Assembly: GCA_965225945.1 (NCBI GenBank)
Contig: CBDDBZ010000031.1
Location: forward strand, 160,001 to 224,000
DNA length: 64,000 bases
Source: Alphaproteobacteria bacterium
GTDB lineage: Bacteria; Pseudomonadota; Alphaproteobacteria; GCA-2731375
Reading direction: 5' to 3'
Positions 40,432 through 49,496 of this stretch are shown piece by piece. How positions within the stretch are numbered: the stretch's first letter is position 1; each line of letters begins with the position of its first letter. The position numbers and the translations under genes are program-made. The notes below the pieces were generated by a model. That model was not told the DNA's origin, did no database searches, and worked only from the letters and a program-made list of their open reading frames with translations.

Positions 40432-40661
40432 CGCGCAGCCGATGAGAACGGGGTGGACCCACGCCCAAACCCGCACGATACTGCGCATATGGGTCGTGCC
40501 TTGCATGGCTCGGGGGGTGCGGTGCCGGTCGTTGCCAGCAAGCAAACGGGGCCGGCGCCGCATCGTTCTCAGCGGCCCGAGTGTACTCCCGCGGCTCCCC
40601 TTGTCAGGTCCGCGGAACCGCCGCCGCCAGCCAGCCAAAACAGGAATCGAGACGCCCGCCC

Positions 40662-40729
40662 GCGGTGGATAAGCAGCCCGCCGCCGCCAGACTCTTGGCG
40701 GTCGCCGCGGCGGGCTACTTACCCACCGC
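40662..40729 (-). other. 23-bp stem hairpin in the IS21 5' leader
   Basis: GCGGTGGATAAGCAGCCCGCCGC / GCGGCGGGCTACTTACCCACCGC; both mismatches become G-U pairs on the minus strand. Confidence 0.7.
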
Positions 40730-40878
40730 TGCGCCGAGCCAACTCCCGCCTGCAAACCACGCAGCTACAGCGCCACGATGCCCGATGTCGCTGAAATCAC
40801 CATCTAAGCGCGGTTTTTCATCGCCACCGACACATTCGGCCAAATGCGCTGATCCCGCCGTTTAGAGCGGTTTCCGCT

Positions 40879-42681
40879 CTACTGGAGTCGCCCAGCCACT
40901 CGCTCCCCCGCCAGTCCACGCTCCCGCAAGAGCTTCATGAAATTCCGCTTCGCCTTGTACCGACTGGTCAATTCGCCGACATAGGCGTCATGCTCGACCT
41001 CTTCGTCGAGGCCTTCCCGGATCACCCGCATGCGTTCCACCAACTCGCAAGCGGCCCTGTAGTTGGCGTTGCCGGCGCCGTCGACCAATCGCTCGATCCG
41101 GCGCGCGTGGGCCTTCAAGGCTTCTGCCGGATGGCTCTCTTCGCTCGCTTCCGCCAGTGACTCGAGCAGACCCTCGTGGCAACCGTGGGTTCGCACGATA
41201 ACCCAAGCTTCGGCGAAAAGTCCCTCCATCATCAAGACGTCGAGCAGAAGATCATTCGGCGACGTCCGCCAGGCCACCGAGGGACGCTCCCCGGCGTCGA
41301 TCCGGGCGCGCAGCATGGCGAGGACGCGGTCGCGGACCGCGACGTCCGCCGTTTTGTCGGCGCCGCCATCGCCCCGGAGCCGATGGTAGAGCTTCAGGCT
41401 CGGGCGTTAGTCGAAGGCCCGCCAAAGCAACGCCTCGCCATCCCCCACGCGTCCAACGCGTTCGTATTGATCGGCCGCGAAGAGCGTCAGACGTTCGTCG
41501 GGCGCATCCTCGAACAGCCACGATCCTTCCTCCGCCCACTTCATCGCGTCGGCCTCGCGGCCATGGTGGCGGCAGTAGGTCGCGACTTCGAGATAGTCGT
41601 ATGCCGTGGACAGGTCCTTAGCGCGGACGGCGATTCCGGCATCGACGTCGCCGTCGCGCTCGGCGAAACCTTTCAGGATCGCGCCCAGCCGAAACCGCGC
41701 GCCGTATTGAGGGTCGTGCGTCCGCCGCTTTCCGGCGCGCCGGGGCTCGATCTTCCGCCAGCCGTCATGCGCGAGACGGCGATACTCGGCGAGCCCGGTC
41801 TCGCCCAGCACATCCGCATAGGTCTCGCTCGCGCCGCCAAAAAAATCCCACGACCCGTCGGTTTCCCGCGCGAACAGGTCCCGGGCGAGCCCCACGGGAT
41901 CGGGCCTCGCCTCTCGGCACGCCGCAAGGTGGATTTCGAGGCCTCTGGCGTAAGCTTCGGCGCCATGCGCACCGGAATCGTCCATCTGGTCGAGCGCGTC
42001 CTCCATCCGCGCGAAAAACAGCTCGAGCAAGCGCAACACCAGCTCCGCCTGGCCCTTCGCGACCAGTTCCGCGACTTGGTCGAGGACGCGCTCGATGTCG
42101 GCCGCGAACTCGCCGGCGCGGCCATAATCGATGAAGTCGTGAATCCGCGTGGCCTCGGTGATGGCCTGTTCGAAGCGAGCGAACAGCGCTTCGTCGTCGG
42201 CGATCGCGCTCGCCGCCGCGAGTTCGAGATCTCGGCTCGACGCGGGATCACGCTCGCGCGAGATGCCGGCTCTTCTCGCGCGAGAAGAGCCGGCATCTCG
42301 CGCGAGAAGATACGCGCGGACCTCGCAACGCCGGTCGAGGGCTTGCGCAAACGCCTCGGGCCCGAGCTCGTTGACGGCGAGCGCGCTCGCCACCAAGTGC
42401 TTGCAGAAGCCCCAATCGTCGAAGGCCGGGCAGGAGCAGTCCCCGGAGACGTCACCTCCGGCGCCCAGGAGTTCCGAGCGATAGATCTCGGTGCCGAACA
42501 CCCTCGCCACGACGCGGGCGGAATCGATCGAGACGATATCGACCCGCTCGTCCTCATGGTAGGCGACGCCGCGCGCGTACACCTTCTCACCCGCGACGCG
42601 GCGTAGCACGGCGACATCAAAACGCGGGGACCCGACGGCCGCTTCGGGGCTACCCGACGCGCGTTTTGTCGTTTTCGTCAT
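40879..42681 (-). pseudogene. SWIM zinc-finger domain protein, interrupted by an in-frame TAA at 41407-41409
   Basis: VYARGVAY, GDCSCPA..FCKHLVA; frame resumes RPSLKLY and ends YKAKRNFMKLL. Confidence 0.8.
42253..42306. repeat. Perfect 54-bp palindrome inside the SWIM gene
   Basis: CTCGCGCGAG-ATGCCGGCTCTT-CTCGCGCGAG-AAGAGCCGGCAT-CTCGCGCGAG. Confidence 0.9.
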
Positions 42682-42715
42682 GGTTGTCGGATCCCGTTGG
42701 CGTCGGCGCGCTCGA

Positions 42716-43252
42716 CTAAACCGGGTGAAGGAGCCCATCCTCTTCGATGAGGCGAAGAGCCTCGACCAAGGAGACATCCTTATGGAGGGATCTCCATTCG
42801 CCCGTATGGCGGTGCCACATCACATCGAAGAGGTCGCGGCCATGGTAATCCAGGCGAGCAAAGGCATGCTCGAATTCGGACCGAAGCGAGTCGGCGTGGC
42901 CCGAACGGAACCGCTCGATAAATCGATAGCGACCACCATGCCACTTCCCATAGAGATCCACGGGGTAGTTGAACTCGCTCGGTCGGATGGCGGGAAGGAA
43001 GCGCGGCTTCAGGACTTCGGCCACGAATTTTTCGCAAGCCAGGGTAATCGCGGCCTTCTCGAGGTCCGGCGGCCGGCTTGGAGTCCGCGTCCGCGTCCAA
43101 ACCCACTCTCGTCTCGGCACGGTGCCATCCCTCGAAACGAATCGCCTGTCAGACCCCGAGGATAACACGCCGGCCACCTCACCGAGAGCCCGGGCGAACT
43201 CATAATCTTCCCTACGAACAAGTCCTTCGCGTCGCTCGGTGGACTTCTTCAC
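42716..43252 (-). CDS. Conserved hypothetical protein (DUF3024-like); start probably near 43120
   Basis: LKPRFLP..FNYPVDLYGKW..FARLDY..WHRHTGEW..SLVEALRLI. Confidence 0.55.
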   Translation of the reverse strand: MKKSTERREGLVRREDYEFARALGEVAGVLSSGSDRRFVSRDGTVPRREWVWTRTRTPSRPPDLEKAAITLACEKFVAEVLKPRFLPAIRPSEFNYPVDLYGKWHGGRYRFIERFRSGHADSLRSEFEHAFARLDYHGRDLFDVMWHRHTGEWRSLHKDVSLVEALRLIEEDGLLHPV

Positions 43253-43282
43253 CGGGGAGCAATCCGGGGATCGCGCCTCAAA

Positions 43283-43309
43283 GGCGTCTCGGGCGGTTGC
43301 CCGAGCGCC
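43283..43309 (-). terminator. Possible terminator hairpin downstream of tRNA-Pro
   Basis: GGCG-CTCGGGC/GCCCGAG-CGCC stem followed by TTT on the minus strand. Confidence 0.4.
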
Positions 43310-43339
43310 GCATAACGCGTTGAATATAATTGAGAAAAT

Positions 43340-43416
43340 TGGTCGGGGTGAGAGGATTTGAACCTCCGGCCCCTGCCTCCCGAAGACAGTGCTCTACCAG
43401 GCTGAGCTACACCCCG
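43340..43416 (-). tRNA. tRNA-Pro(CGG)
   Basis: CGGGGTGTAGCTCAGCCTGGTAGAGCACTGTCTTCGGGAGGCAGGGGCCGGAGGTTCAAATCCTCTCACCCCGACCA, 77 nt with CCA. Confidence 0.97.
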
Positions 43417-43487
43417 GCCGGAATTCGGCGATGCTTATAGCGCCGACACAGCTCCACCGCAAGCGAGCTTCCGCGCCCCACCCTCGC

Positions 43488-44510
43488 TCAGTGCGCCCGA
43501 TCGATGCAGAAGTCGATGACCTGATCCAGCGCCCGCTTGGGCGCGCTCTCGGGAAACAGGCCGAGGGCGTCGCGTGCCATGGCGCCGTAATGGCGGGCCC
43601 GCTCCACCGTGTCGTCGAGGGCGCCGTGGCTCCGGATCAGCCCGATCGCCCGCTCCAGGTCGCCCGCCTCCTGCTTGCCGTGCTCGACGCAAGCCCGCCA
43701 GAAGGCGCGCTCCGCCTCGTTGCCCCGGCGGAAGGCCAGCACGACCGGCAGCGTCACCTTGCCCTCGCGGAAATCATCGCCGACGGTCTTGCCGAGCACC
43801 GATTCGCGGGCCGCGTAATCGAGCGCGTCGTCGACCAGTTGGAAGGCGATGCCGAGGTTCTTGCCGTAACTCTCGAGCGCCGTCTCATCGGCCGTGGGGC
43901 GTTCCGCGACGACGGCGCCGATACGGCAGGCGGCGGCGAACAGCGCCGCCGTCTTGGCCGAGATCACCTCGAGGTAGGCGTCCTCCGTGGTCTCGGTGTT
44001 GTTCGCGGTTTCGAGTTGCAGCACCTCCCCCTCGGCGATCACCGCCGAGGCGTCGGAGAGGATGCGCAAGACCTCCAAAGAGCCGTCCTCGACCATCACC
44101 TGAAAGGCCCGGGAGAACAGGAAATCACCGACCAGGACGCTCGCCTGATTGCCCCAGAGCACGTTGGCGGTGGCGTTGCCCCGGCGTAGGTCGCTCTCAT
44201 CGACGACGTCGTCGTGCAACAGCGTCGCGGTGTGGATAAATTCGACACAGGCGGCCAGCGGAATATGGCGCTCGCCGCCATAGCCGCACAGCGCGGCCGC
44301 GCCCAGCGTCAGCATCGGCCGGAGCCGCTTGCCGCCGGCGGCGATGATATGGCCGGCGAGCTGGGGGATCAGCGCCACGCGGCTCGTCATGCGGCGCCCG
44401 ATCACCTCGTTGACCCGGGCCATGTCGTCGCCGACCAGGGCCTGCAACGCCGCCATCGAGGCGCGCGCGGCGGCGTGGCGCTCCTCGCTCAAATGTACGA
44501 TATCGGCCAC
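43488..44510 (-). CDS. ispB: Octaprenyl/decaprenyl diphosphate synthase
   Basis: GGKRLRP, LLHDDVVD, FQLVDDALDY, GDDFREGKVTLP; start GTG 44510 (alternative ATG 44549). Confidence 0.93.
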   Translation of the reverse strand: MADIVHLSEERHAAARASMAALQALVGDDMARVNEVIGRRMTSRVALIPQLAGHIIAAGGKRLRPMLTLGAAALCGYGGERHIPLAACVEFIHTATLLHDDVVDESDLRRGNATANVLWGNQASVLVGDFLFSRAFQVMVEDGSLEVLRILSDASAVIAEGEVLQLETANNTETTEDAYLEVISAKTAALFAAACRIGAVVAERPTADETALESYGKNLGIAFQLVDDALDYAARESVLGKTVGDDFREGKVTLPVVLAFRRGNEAERAFWRACVEHGKQEAGDLERAIGLIRSHGALDDTVERARHYGAMARDALGLFPESAPKRALDQVIDFCIDRAH

Positions 44511-44626
44511 CGAACCATCCTCGCCTTCGAACGTCCCCGTCCCGAACATAAAACGTCACGAGCGCCAAGAGAACCCGAAGCCACGCGACCCGAGGTCACA
44601 CGCGGTGACGAGCGTCGAGGCGGATC

Positions 44627-45952
44627 TCAGTCGAAACCCAGCAATTGGTCCGGCAGCCAGATCGCCAAAGCCGGAAACACCATGACCAGGCCCAGCGCGA
44701 TGATCTCCAAGCCGATAAAGGGGATCACGCCCCTGTACATGTCCTTGAGCGTGATCTCCGGCGGACTGATACCGCGCAAGTAGAAGATCGCCGGCGCCAT
44801 CGGCGGCGTCAGGTAGCTGGTCTGGATCACGATCAGGAACAGGATGCAGAACCAGATCTCGTCGAAGCCGAACTGCTTCATCAGCAGAATGGCGATCGGG
44901 ATGAAGATCAGGATGATCGAGATCAGATCCAGCACGAAGCCGGCCATGAACGACAGGAAGAGGATCAGGAACAGCGTTGCCCACGGGCCCAAGCCCGATG
45001 CCTGCAACAAATTCTGCACCGCCGCCATGCCGCCCGAGGCGATGAACACGCCCGCGAACATGGTGCCGCCGAGCAGGATCATCAGGATCATCGCGGTGAT
45101 CAAAAGGGTCTTGACGAAGGCCTGCGACAGCACCGAAAAGGTGAATCTACGGTAAATCAGCGTCAGGATGACCGAGCCGAAGGCGCCCATCGCCGCCGCT
45201 TCCGTCGGCGTCGCCGCGCCGACCATGATCGAGCCCAAGACGGCGGCGATCAGGAACACCGGCGGCAATAGTGCCTGCACCGTGATCATCAGCTTTTCGG
45301 CCAGGCTGGGCTCGTCGTCGGCCGGCGGCAGCCGGGGCCCATAGTGCGGCGCCACGGTGCAGAGGATCAGGATGTAGAGAATATACAGGCCCGCCAGGAT
45401 CAGGCCCGGGATCAGAATGCCGACGAACAGGCTGCCGACGTCGACGTCGGCCACCGGGCCGAGAATGACCACTACCACGGAGGGAGGAATGATCGTGCCC
45501 AGCGAGCCGCCGGCGCAAATCGTGCCGGAGATCAGCCCCTTGTTGTAGGCATAGCGCAGCATGACCGGGATCGCCAACAGGCCCACCACCGACTCGGTGG
45601 CGCCGATGACACCACTGGCCGCGGCGAAGATCACGCACATGAGCACCGTGCCGACGGCGAGGCCGCCGGGCAAACGGCGGGTCCAGAGATGTATCGCCTC
45701 GAACAATTTTACCGCGATGCCCGAACGCTCCATCATCGAGCCCATGAAGATGAAGAGCGGCACGGCGGCCAGCACCGCGGTGCCGTTCACGTCCTGCACC
45801 TTGGTGACCAGGATTTGCGCCAACGCGTCCGGCGGCCAGCGTATGAGGCCGAAGACGAAGGCCGTTCCCATCAACGAGAAGGCGACCGGGAAGCCCATGA
45901 AGATGGCGAACATCAACGCCGGGAACATCCATGCGGCGAGCCAGAAACTCAT
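44627..45952 (-). CDS. dctM: TRAP transporter large permease
   Basis: GFPVAFSL, AVPLFIFMG, GSLGTIIPPS, YLTPP. Confidence 0.93.
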   Translation of the reverse strand: MSFWLAAWMFPALMFAIFMGFPVAFSLMGTAFVFGLIRWPPDALAQILVTKVQDVNGTAVLAAVPLFIFMGSMMERSGIAVKLFEAIHLWTRRLPGGLAVGTVLMCVIFAAASGVIGATESVVGLLAIPVMLRYAYNKGLISGTICAGGSLGTIIPPSVVVVILGPVADVDVGSLFVGILIPGLILAGLYILYILILCTVAPHYGPRLPPADDEPSLAEKLMITVQALLPPVFLIAAVLGSIMVGAATPTEAAAMGAFGSVILTLIYRRFTFSVLSQAFVKTLLITAMILMILLGGTMFAGVFIASGGMAAVQNLLQASGLGPWATLFLILFLSFMAGFVLDLISIILIFIPIAILLMKQFGFDEIWFCILFLIVIQTSYLTPPMAPAIFYLRGISPPEITLKDMYRGVIPFIGLEIIALGLVMVFPALAIWLPDQLLGFD

Positions 45953-46482
45953 TCCGCGGCCTCCGGTCGGGCCACGTCATGGCCCATGAGCACGAGAATG
46001 CATTTCAGCACCTCCGCCACCACTTGCAGCAGCAGCAGGAACATGCCCACCACGAAGCTCACGCGGAACGGCCAAACCACCGGGTTCCACGCCGACTCGC
46101 CAGACAACTCGTTGTGCTCGTAGGCGTAGATCATGTAGTCCACAAGGCCGTTTTTCCAGAACACCAGAAGAATGCAGGCGGGGATGATCAAGCCCCCGAA
46201 GCCGATCAGATCGATCAGCGCCTGCTTCTTCAGGCCGACCTGGTCGTAAAGGAAGTCGACCCGGATGTGCCGGCGCATCTGCAAGGTATAGGCGATGCCG
46301 AACATGAAGCTCGCGCCCATCGTCATGTAGGACATCTCGTAGGCCCAGAAGGTGGGCGAAGCGAAGAACTTGCGCGCGATCACCTCGTAGACCATGGAGA
46401 GCATCAGCGGCGCCACGAACCAGGCGCCGATGTAGCCGAACCCCTTGGTCAGCCACTCGATCGGCCGGATTATCATCCACAT
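45949..46482 (-). CDS. dctQ: TRAP transporter small permease
   Basis: YEVIARKFF..PTFWAYE, HIRVDFLY, four TM segments. Confidence 0.9.
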   Translation of the reverse strand: MWMIIRPIEWLTKGFGYIGAWFVAPLMLSMVYEVIARKFFASPTFWAYEMSYMTMGASFMFGIAYTLQMRRHIRVDFLYDQVGLKKQALIDLIGFGGLIIPACILLVFWKNGLVDYMIYAYEHNELSGESAWNPVVWPFRVSFVVGMFLLLLQVVAEVLKCILVLMGHDVARPEAAE

Positions 46483-46492
46483 CGACCGGATC

Positions 46493-46542
46493 CCCCCGGT
46501 GATAGATTGAAGAACTGCCCCCGGTGATAGATTGAAGAACTG
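46493..46542. repeat. Perfect 25-bp tandem duplication in the dctQ leader
   Basis: CCCCCGGTGATAGATTGAAGAACTG x2, no spacer. Confidence 0.9.
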
Positions 46543-46565
46543 AAAGTACGGAAGGCGGCCCCATC

Positions 46566-46604
46566 TCGACACGGGGGCGCCCCGTCGGGGCGCCCCCGTG
46601 TCGA
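46566..46604. terminator. 19-bp perfect inverted repeat between dctP and dctQ (attenuator or mRNA stabiliser)
   Basis: TCGACACGGGGGCGCCCCG-T-CGGGGCGCCCCCGTGTCGA. Confidence 0.65.
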
Positions 46605-46628
46605 AATCGAACCCTACGCTGAACGCGA

Positions 46629-47678
46629 CTACTTGGGTTTGGGCGTGTCGCGATACTTGTAGGCGTTGGCCCAGGACTTCTGATAGGCCCGCTGGTGAGC
46701 CAGAACCTTCTTGAACCAGCCGCCCTGCTCCGCCGCGACCTTGTCGGCCCAGGCGTACGACAGCTCCTTGCCCTTCTTGATCACGGCGTCGTCCAGAATC
46801 ACGATCTCGTTACCCGAGTTGATGTAGAACTGGTAGGCGTCCGCGTCCTCGTGGCCGGTCTTGTGGTAGAAATGCAGGCTGACGTCGCGGCCGGCGAACT
46901 CGATCAGTTGCTTGTGGCGCTCCGAGAGGCCCTTCCAGACGTCCATGTTGAAGCTGCAGGCGATCACGGCCGAAGGCTGATGGATCCCCGGCATGATCAG
47001 ATACTTGGCGATCTTGTGGAAGCCGATCGACTTGTTGATCGAAAGCTGCGCCCACTCGATCGCGTCGATCACGCCGCGCTCCAGCGCCGGATAGACTTCC
47101 GCGCCCGGCAGGATCACCGTCGAGGTACCGAAGCCGGAGGCGATCTCGGCCCAAGCGCCGGCGGTGCGCAGCTTCAGTCCCTTGAAGTCGTCGAGCGTCT
47201 GGATCTTCTTGCGCGAATGCATGCCCATTTCGCGCGGCAGGATGCCGCAGGGCACCGGCACGACGGAGAACTTCTCGATCCGGAACTCCTTGTAGAGCTC
47301 CTTGCCGCCGCCATAGAACAGCCAGTGGATCATCTGCTCGCCATTCAGGCCGCCGGCGTAGCCACCGAACAGCACCGTCGTCTTGTCGATGCCCCAGTCG
47401 TAGCCGTCCCAGCTATGGCCGGATTCGGTCACGCGGCTGCGCACCGTCTCGGTGACCTTCAGCGGGCTGCCCATGGTGCCGCCCGGGAAGACCTGGATCT
47501 TGATCTGGCCGTCGGTCAGAAGCTCGATCCTCTGCGCGGCGCCCTTGGCCGCGGTCTCGAGCACCGGACCGCCACCCCAGGAGGTGGCCATGCTCCAGTT
47601 CTGCTGCGCCGATACGGAACCGGTGGCGAGCGCGAGCGCGGCCACGGTCCCCAGCGCCGTCGAAATAATTCGTTTCAT
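46629..47678 (-). CDS. dctP: TRAP substrate-binding protein (TakP-like clade)
   Basis: Signal peptide, MATSW, GLKLRTAG, EVYPALERGVIDAIEW, PGIHQP. Confidence 0.92.
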   Translation of the reverse strand: MKRIISTALGTVAALALATGSVSAQQNWSMATSWGGGPVLETAAKGAAQRIELLTDGQIKIQVFPGGTMGSPLKVTETVRSRVTESGHSWDGYDWGIDKTTVLFGGYAGGLNGEQMIHWLFYGGGKELYKEFRIEKFSVVPVPCGILPREMGMHSRKKIQTLDDFKGLKLRTAGAWAEIASGFGTSTVILPGAEVYPALERGVIDAIEWAQLSINKSIGFHKIAKYLIMPGIHQPSAVIACSFNMDVWKGLSERHKQLIEFAGRDVSLHFYHKTGHEDADAYQFYINSGNEIVILDDAVIKKGKELSYAWADKVAAEQGGWFKKVLAHQRAYQKSWANAYKYRDTPKPK

Positions 47679-47936
47679 GAAACTCAACCCTCCCTTGGTC
47701 TGCCCCGCGAGCACCCGGCGGGGCCGAGCGCTCTAGGTCTTCTGGATCTCCCGGCGTCTCCGCGCCGAGAACCCGACCTGGCCGTTAGCTCGGCGGGCGA
47801 CCTGGGACGCCGAACCGGCCACGATGAAAAGATCATAGCTTTCGAGGGTAGGGCGTCAACACTCGGCGAACTGGTCGCCGCGCAAGGACCCATTCGCCGC
47901 CTTCGAAAGGTGGCCGAGTTCACGACGATTCTAGTC

Positions 47937-48165
47937 TCACGACGGCGAGCCGGGCCCGGCCGAAAGCAGGGCCCCGAGCGTCGAGACGAATGCCAAGGGC
48001 TGGTCCACGATCAGGTGGTGTCGGGCCTCCGGCGGCTCGATCATCGGGCTCCCCGGCCCCATCCGTTCCCTCATGAAGTCGACGACCTCCGGCGTCACCG
48101 GGGCACTGTCGGCGCCGTGGATGACGGCCTTGGGACAGCGCATGGCGGCCATATGTTGGATTCTA
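47937..48165 (-). pseudogene. Alpha/beta hydrolase C-terminal fragment
   Basis: MRCPKAVIHGADS..IEPPEARHHLIVDQPLAFVSTLGALL; no nucleophile-containing N-terminal part. Confidence 0.65.
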
Positions 48166-48169
48166 TCCA

Positions 48170-49375
48170 CTAGATCGCGCCGCCGTCGCGCAAGCCCCGG
48201 ATCGCCGCCGCGTCGTAGCCGAGCTCGGCCAGGACCTCGTCCGTGTGCTCGCCCAGGAGCGGCGCGCGGCGTTCCGCCCGGGGGCCGTCCTCGTCGGCCA
48301 TGAAGCCGAGGCCGGGAAGCGTCAACTGGCCACTCTCGGCCTCCGGCGCCGGCACTTCCATCAAGATGCCGCGGTGCTCGAGCTGCGGTTCGCCCAGCGC
48401 GCTCGCCAGATCGGCCACCGGTTCGGCCGGCACGCCCTGCGCGGCCATCTGCCGCAGCCAGACCGCGCTCGCCTCGCCGGCCAAGATTTCGCCGATCTCC
48501 GCCCGGATCTCGTCGGCGTGCGCGACCCGGCCCTCGGTGGTCCGATAGCGCTCGCTTGTCGCCCAGGCCTCGCGCCCGAGCGCGCGGCAGAGCGCCGCCA
48601 CCATGTGGTCGGCGATCACCGCGATCGACAGATGGCCGTCCCGGGTGGCCCAGGTGTCGGCGGTGCCTTGGTGGGCTTGCGAGCGGTTGCCGATCAGCGT
48701 CGGCACCTGGCCCTCGACCAGATAGCGGCTGACGATCGGGTTCATGATCTGGATCGCGGCATCGGTCATCGCCACGTCCAGCCACTGGCCCCTTCCGGTC
48801 GTCCGACGGCGGTAGAGGGCGGCGGCGATGGCGAAAGCGGCGGTCAGCGCGGTGGTCATGTCGACCACCATGAAGCCGACGCGGACCGGGCCCGTCGCCG
48901 GGTCGCCAGTCACCGACATGATGCCGGAGCCCGCCTGGATCACCCCGTCATAGGCCGGCAGGCCCGACTTCGGCCCCTCCTGGCCGTAGCCGGAGACCGA
49001 GCAATAGACGATATCCTCGCGGACCGACTTGGCCCATACGTAATCGAAGCCGAGGCGCGCCATCACCCCGGGGCGAAAATTCTCCAGCACCACGTCGGCC
49101 CCCTCGACGAGGCGTGTCAGCACTTCCTTCGCGCGCGGGTGCTTGAGGTCGAGGGTGATCGCCCGCTTGTTGGGATTGGCGCCGAGGAAGGCGGGTGCCA
49201 AGCCACGCGCCGCCCATTCGCCCTCGGTCGTCAGGCGGCGCATCTGGTCGCCGCCGCCCGGGTGCTCGATCTTGACGACGTCGGCGCCCAGCAGCGCGAG
49301 CTGCGCCGCCGCAAACGGTCCGGCCAGGACTTGGCTGAAATCGATGACGCGGACATTCTCGAAGGCACGTGGCAT
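48170..49375 (-). CDS. CaiB/BaiF family III CoA-transferase
   Basis: VIDFSQVLAGP, GADVVKIE, NKRAITLDLK, ENFRPG, catalytic VD, APLLGEHT. Confidence 0.93.
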   Translation of the reverse strand: MPRAFENVRVIDFSQVLAGPFAAAQLALLGADVVKIEHPGGGDQMRRLTTEGEWAARGLAPAFLGANPNKRAITLDLKHPRAKEVLTRLVEGADVVLENFRPGVMARLGFDYVWAKSVREDIVYCSVSGYGQEGPKSGLPAYDGVIQAGSGIMSVTGDPATGPVRVGFMVVDMTTALTAAFAIAAALYRRRTTGRGQWLDVAMTDAAIQIMNPIVSRYLVEGQVPTLIGNRSQAHQGTADTWATRDGHLSIAVIADHMVAALCRALGREAWATSERYRTTEGRVAHADEIRAEIGEILAGEASAVWLRQMAAQGVPAEPVADLASALGEPQLEHRGILMEVPAPEAESGQLTLPGLGFMADEDGPRAERRAPLLGEHTDEVLAELGYDAAAIRGLRDGGAI

Positions 49376-49496
49376 GGCTCTCCCCCGCCGGAGCTAAAAG
49401 CTGGTCGGACAGTAGCTTGGGCGAGGCTCGGCCGCTTCCCGTAAATGTCGAGCAGGCGCTTCGGATAGCCCCACGTCCCGGGCCGGCGCCCGCGTC

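Larger units (their letters stand above)
36692..40832 (-). mobile_element. IS21-family element with two accessory ORFs (4141 bp)
   Basis: TG...CA ends; 35-bp imperfect IRs TGTTAGCGGTGGT..GCGCTTATATGGTG / TGTCGGTGGCGAT..GCGCTTAGATGGTG; istA-istB inside; no clear TSD. Confidence 0.8.

Noticed and set aside
36685-40840. Target-site duplication for the IS21 element
   Set aside because: The flanks (..GCACTT / CATTCG..) do not form a convincing direct repeat.
40879-43252. Anti-phage defence system in the tRNA island
   Set aside because: The SWIM gene is broken, and no partner helicase, nuclease or other recognisable defence domain is present.
46493-46542. CRISPR array from the 25-bp repeat
   Set aside because: Only two abutting copies, no spacer and no cas genes.
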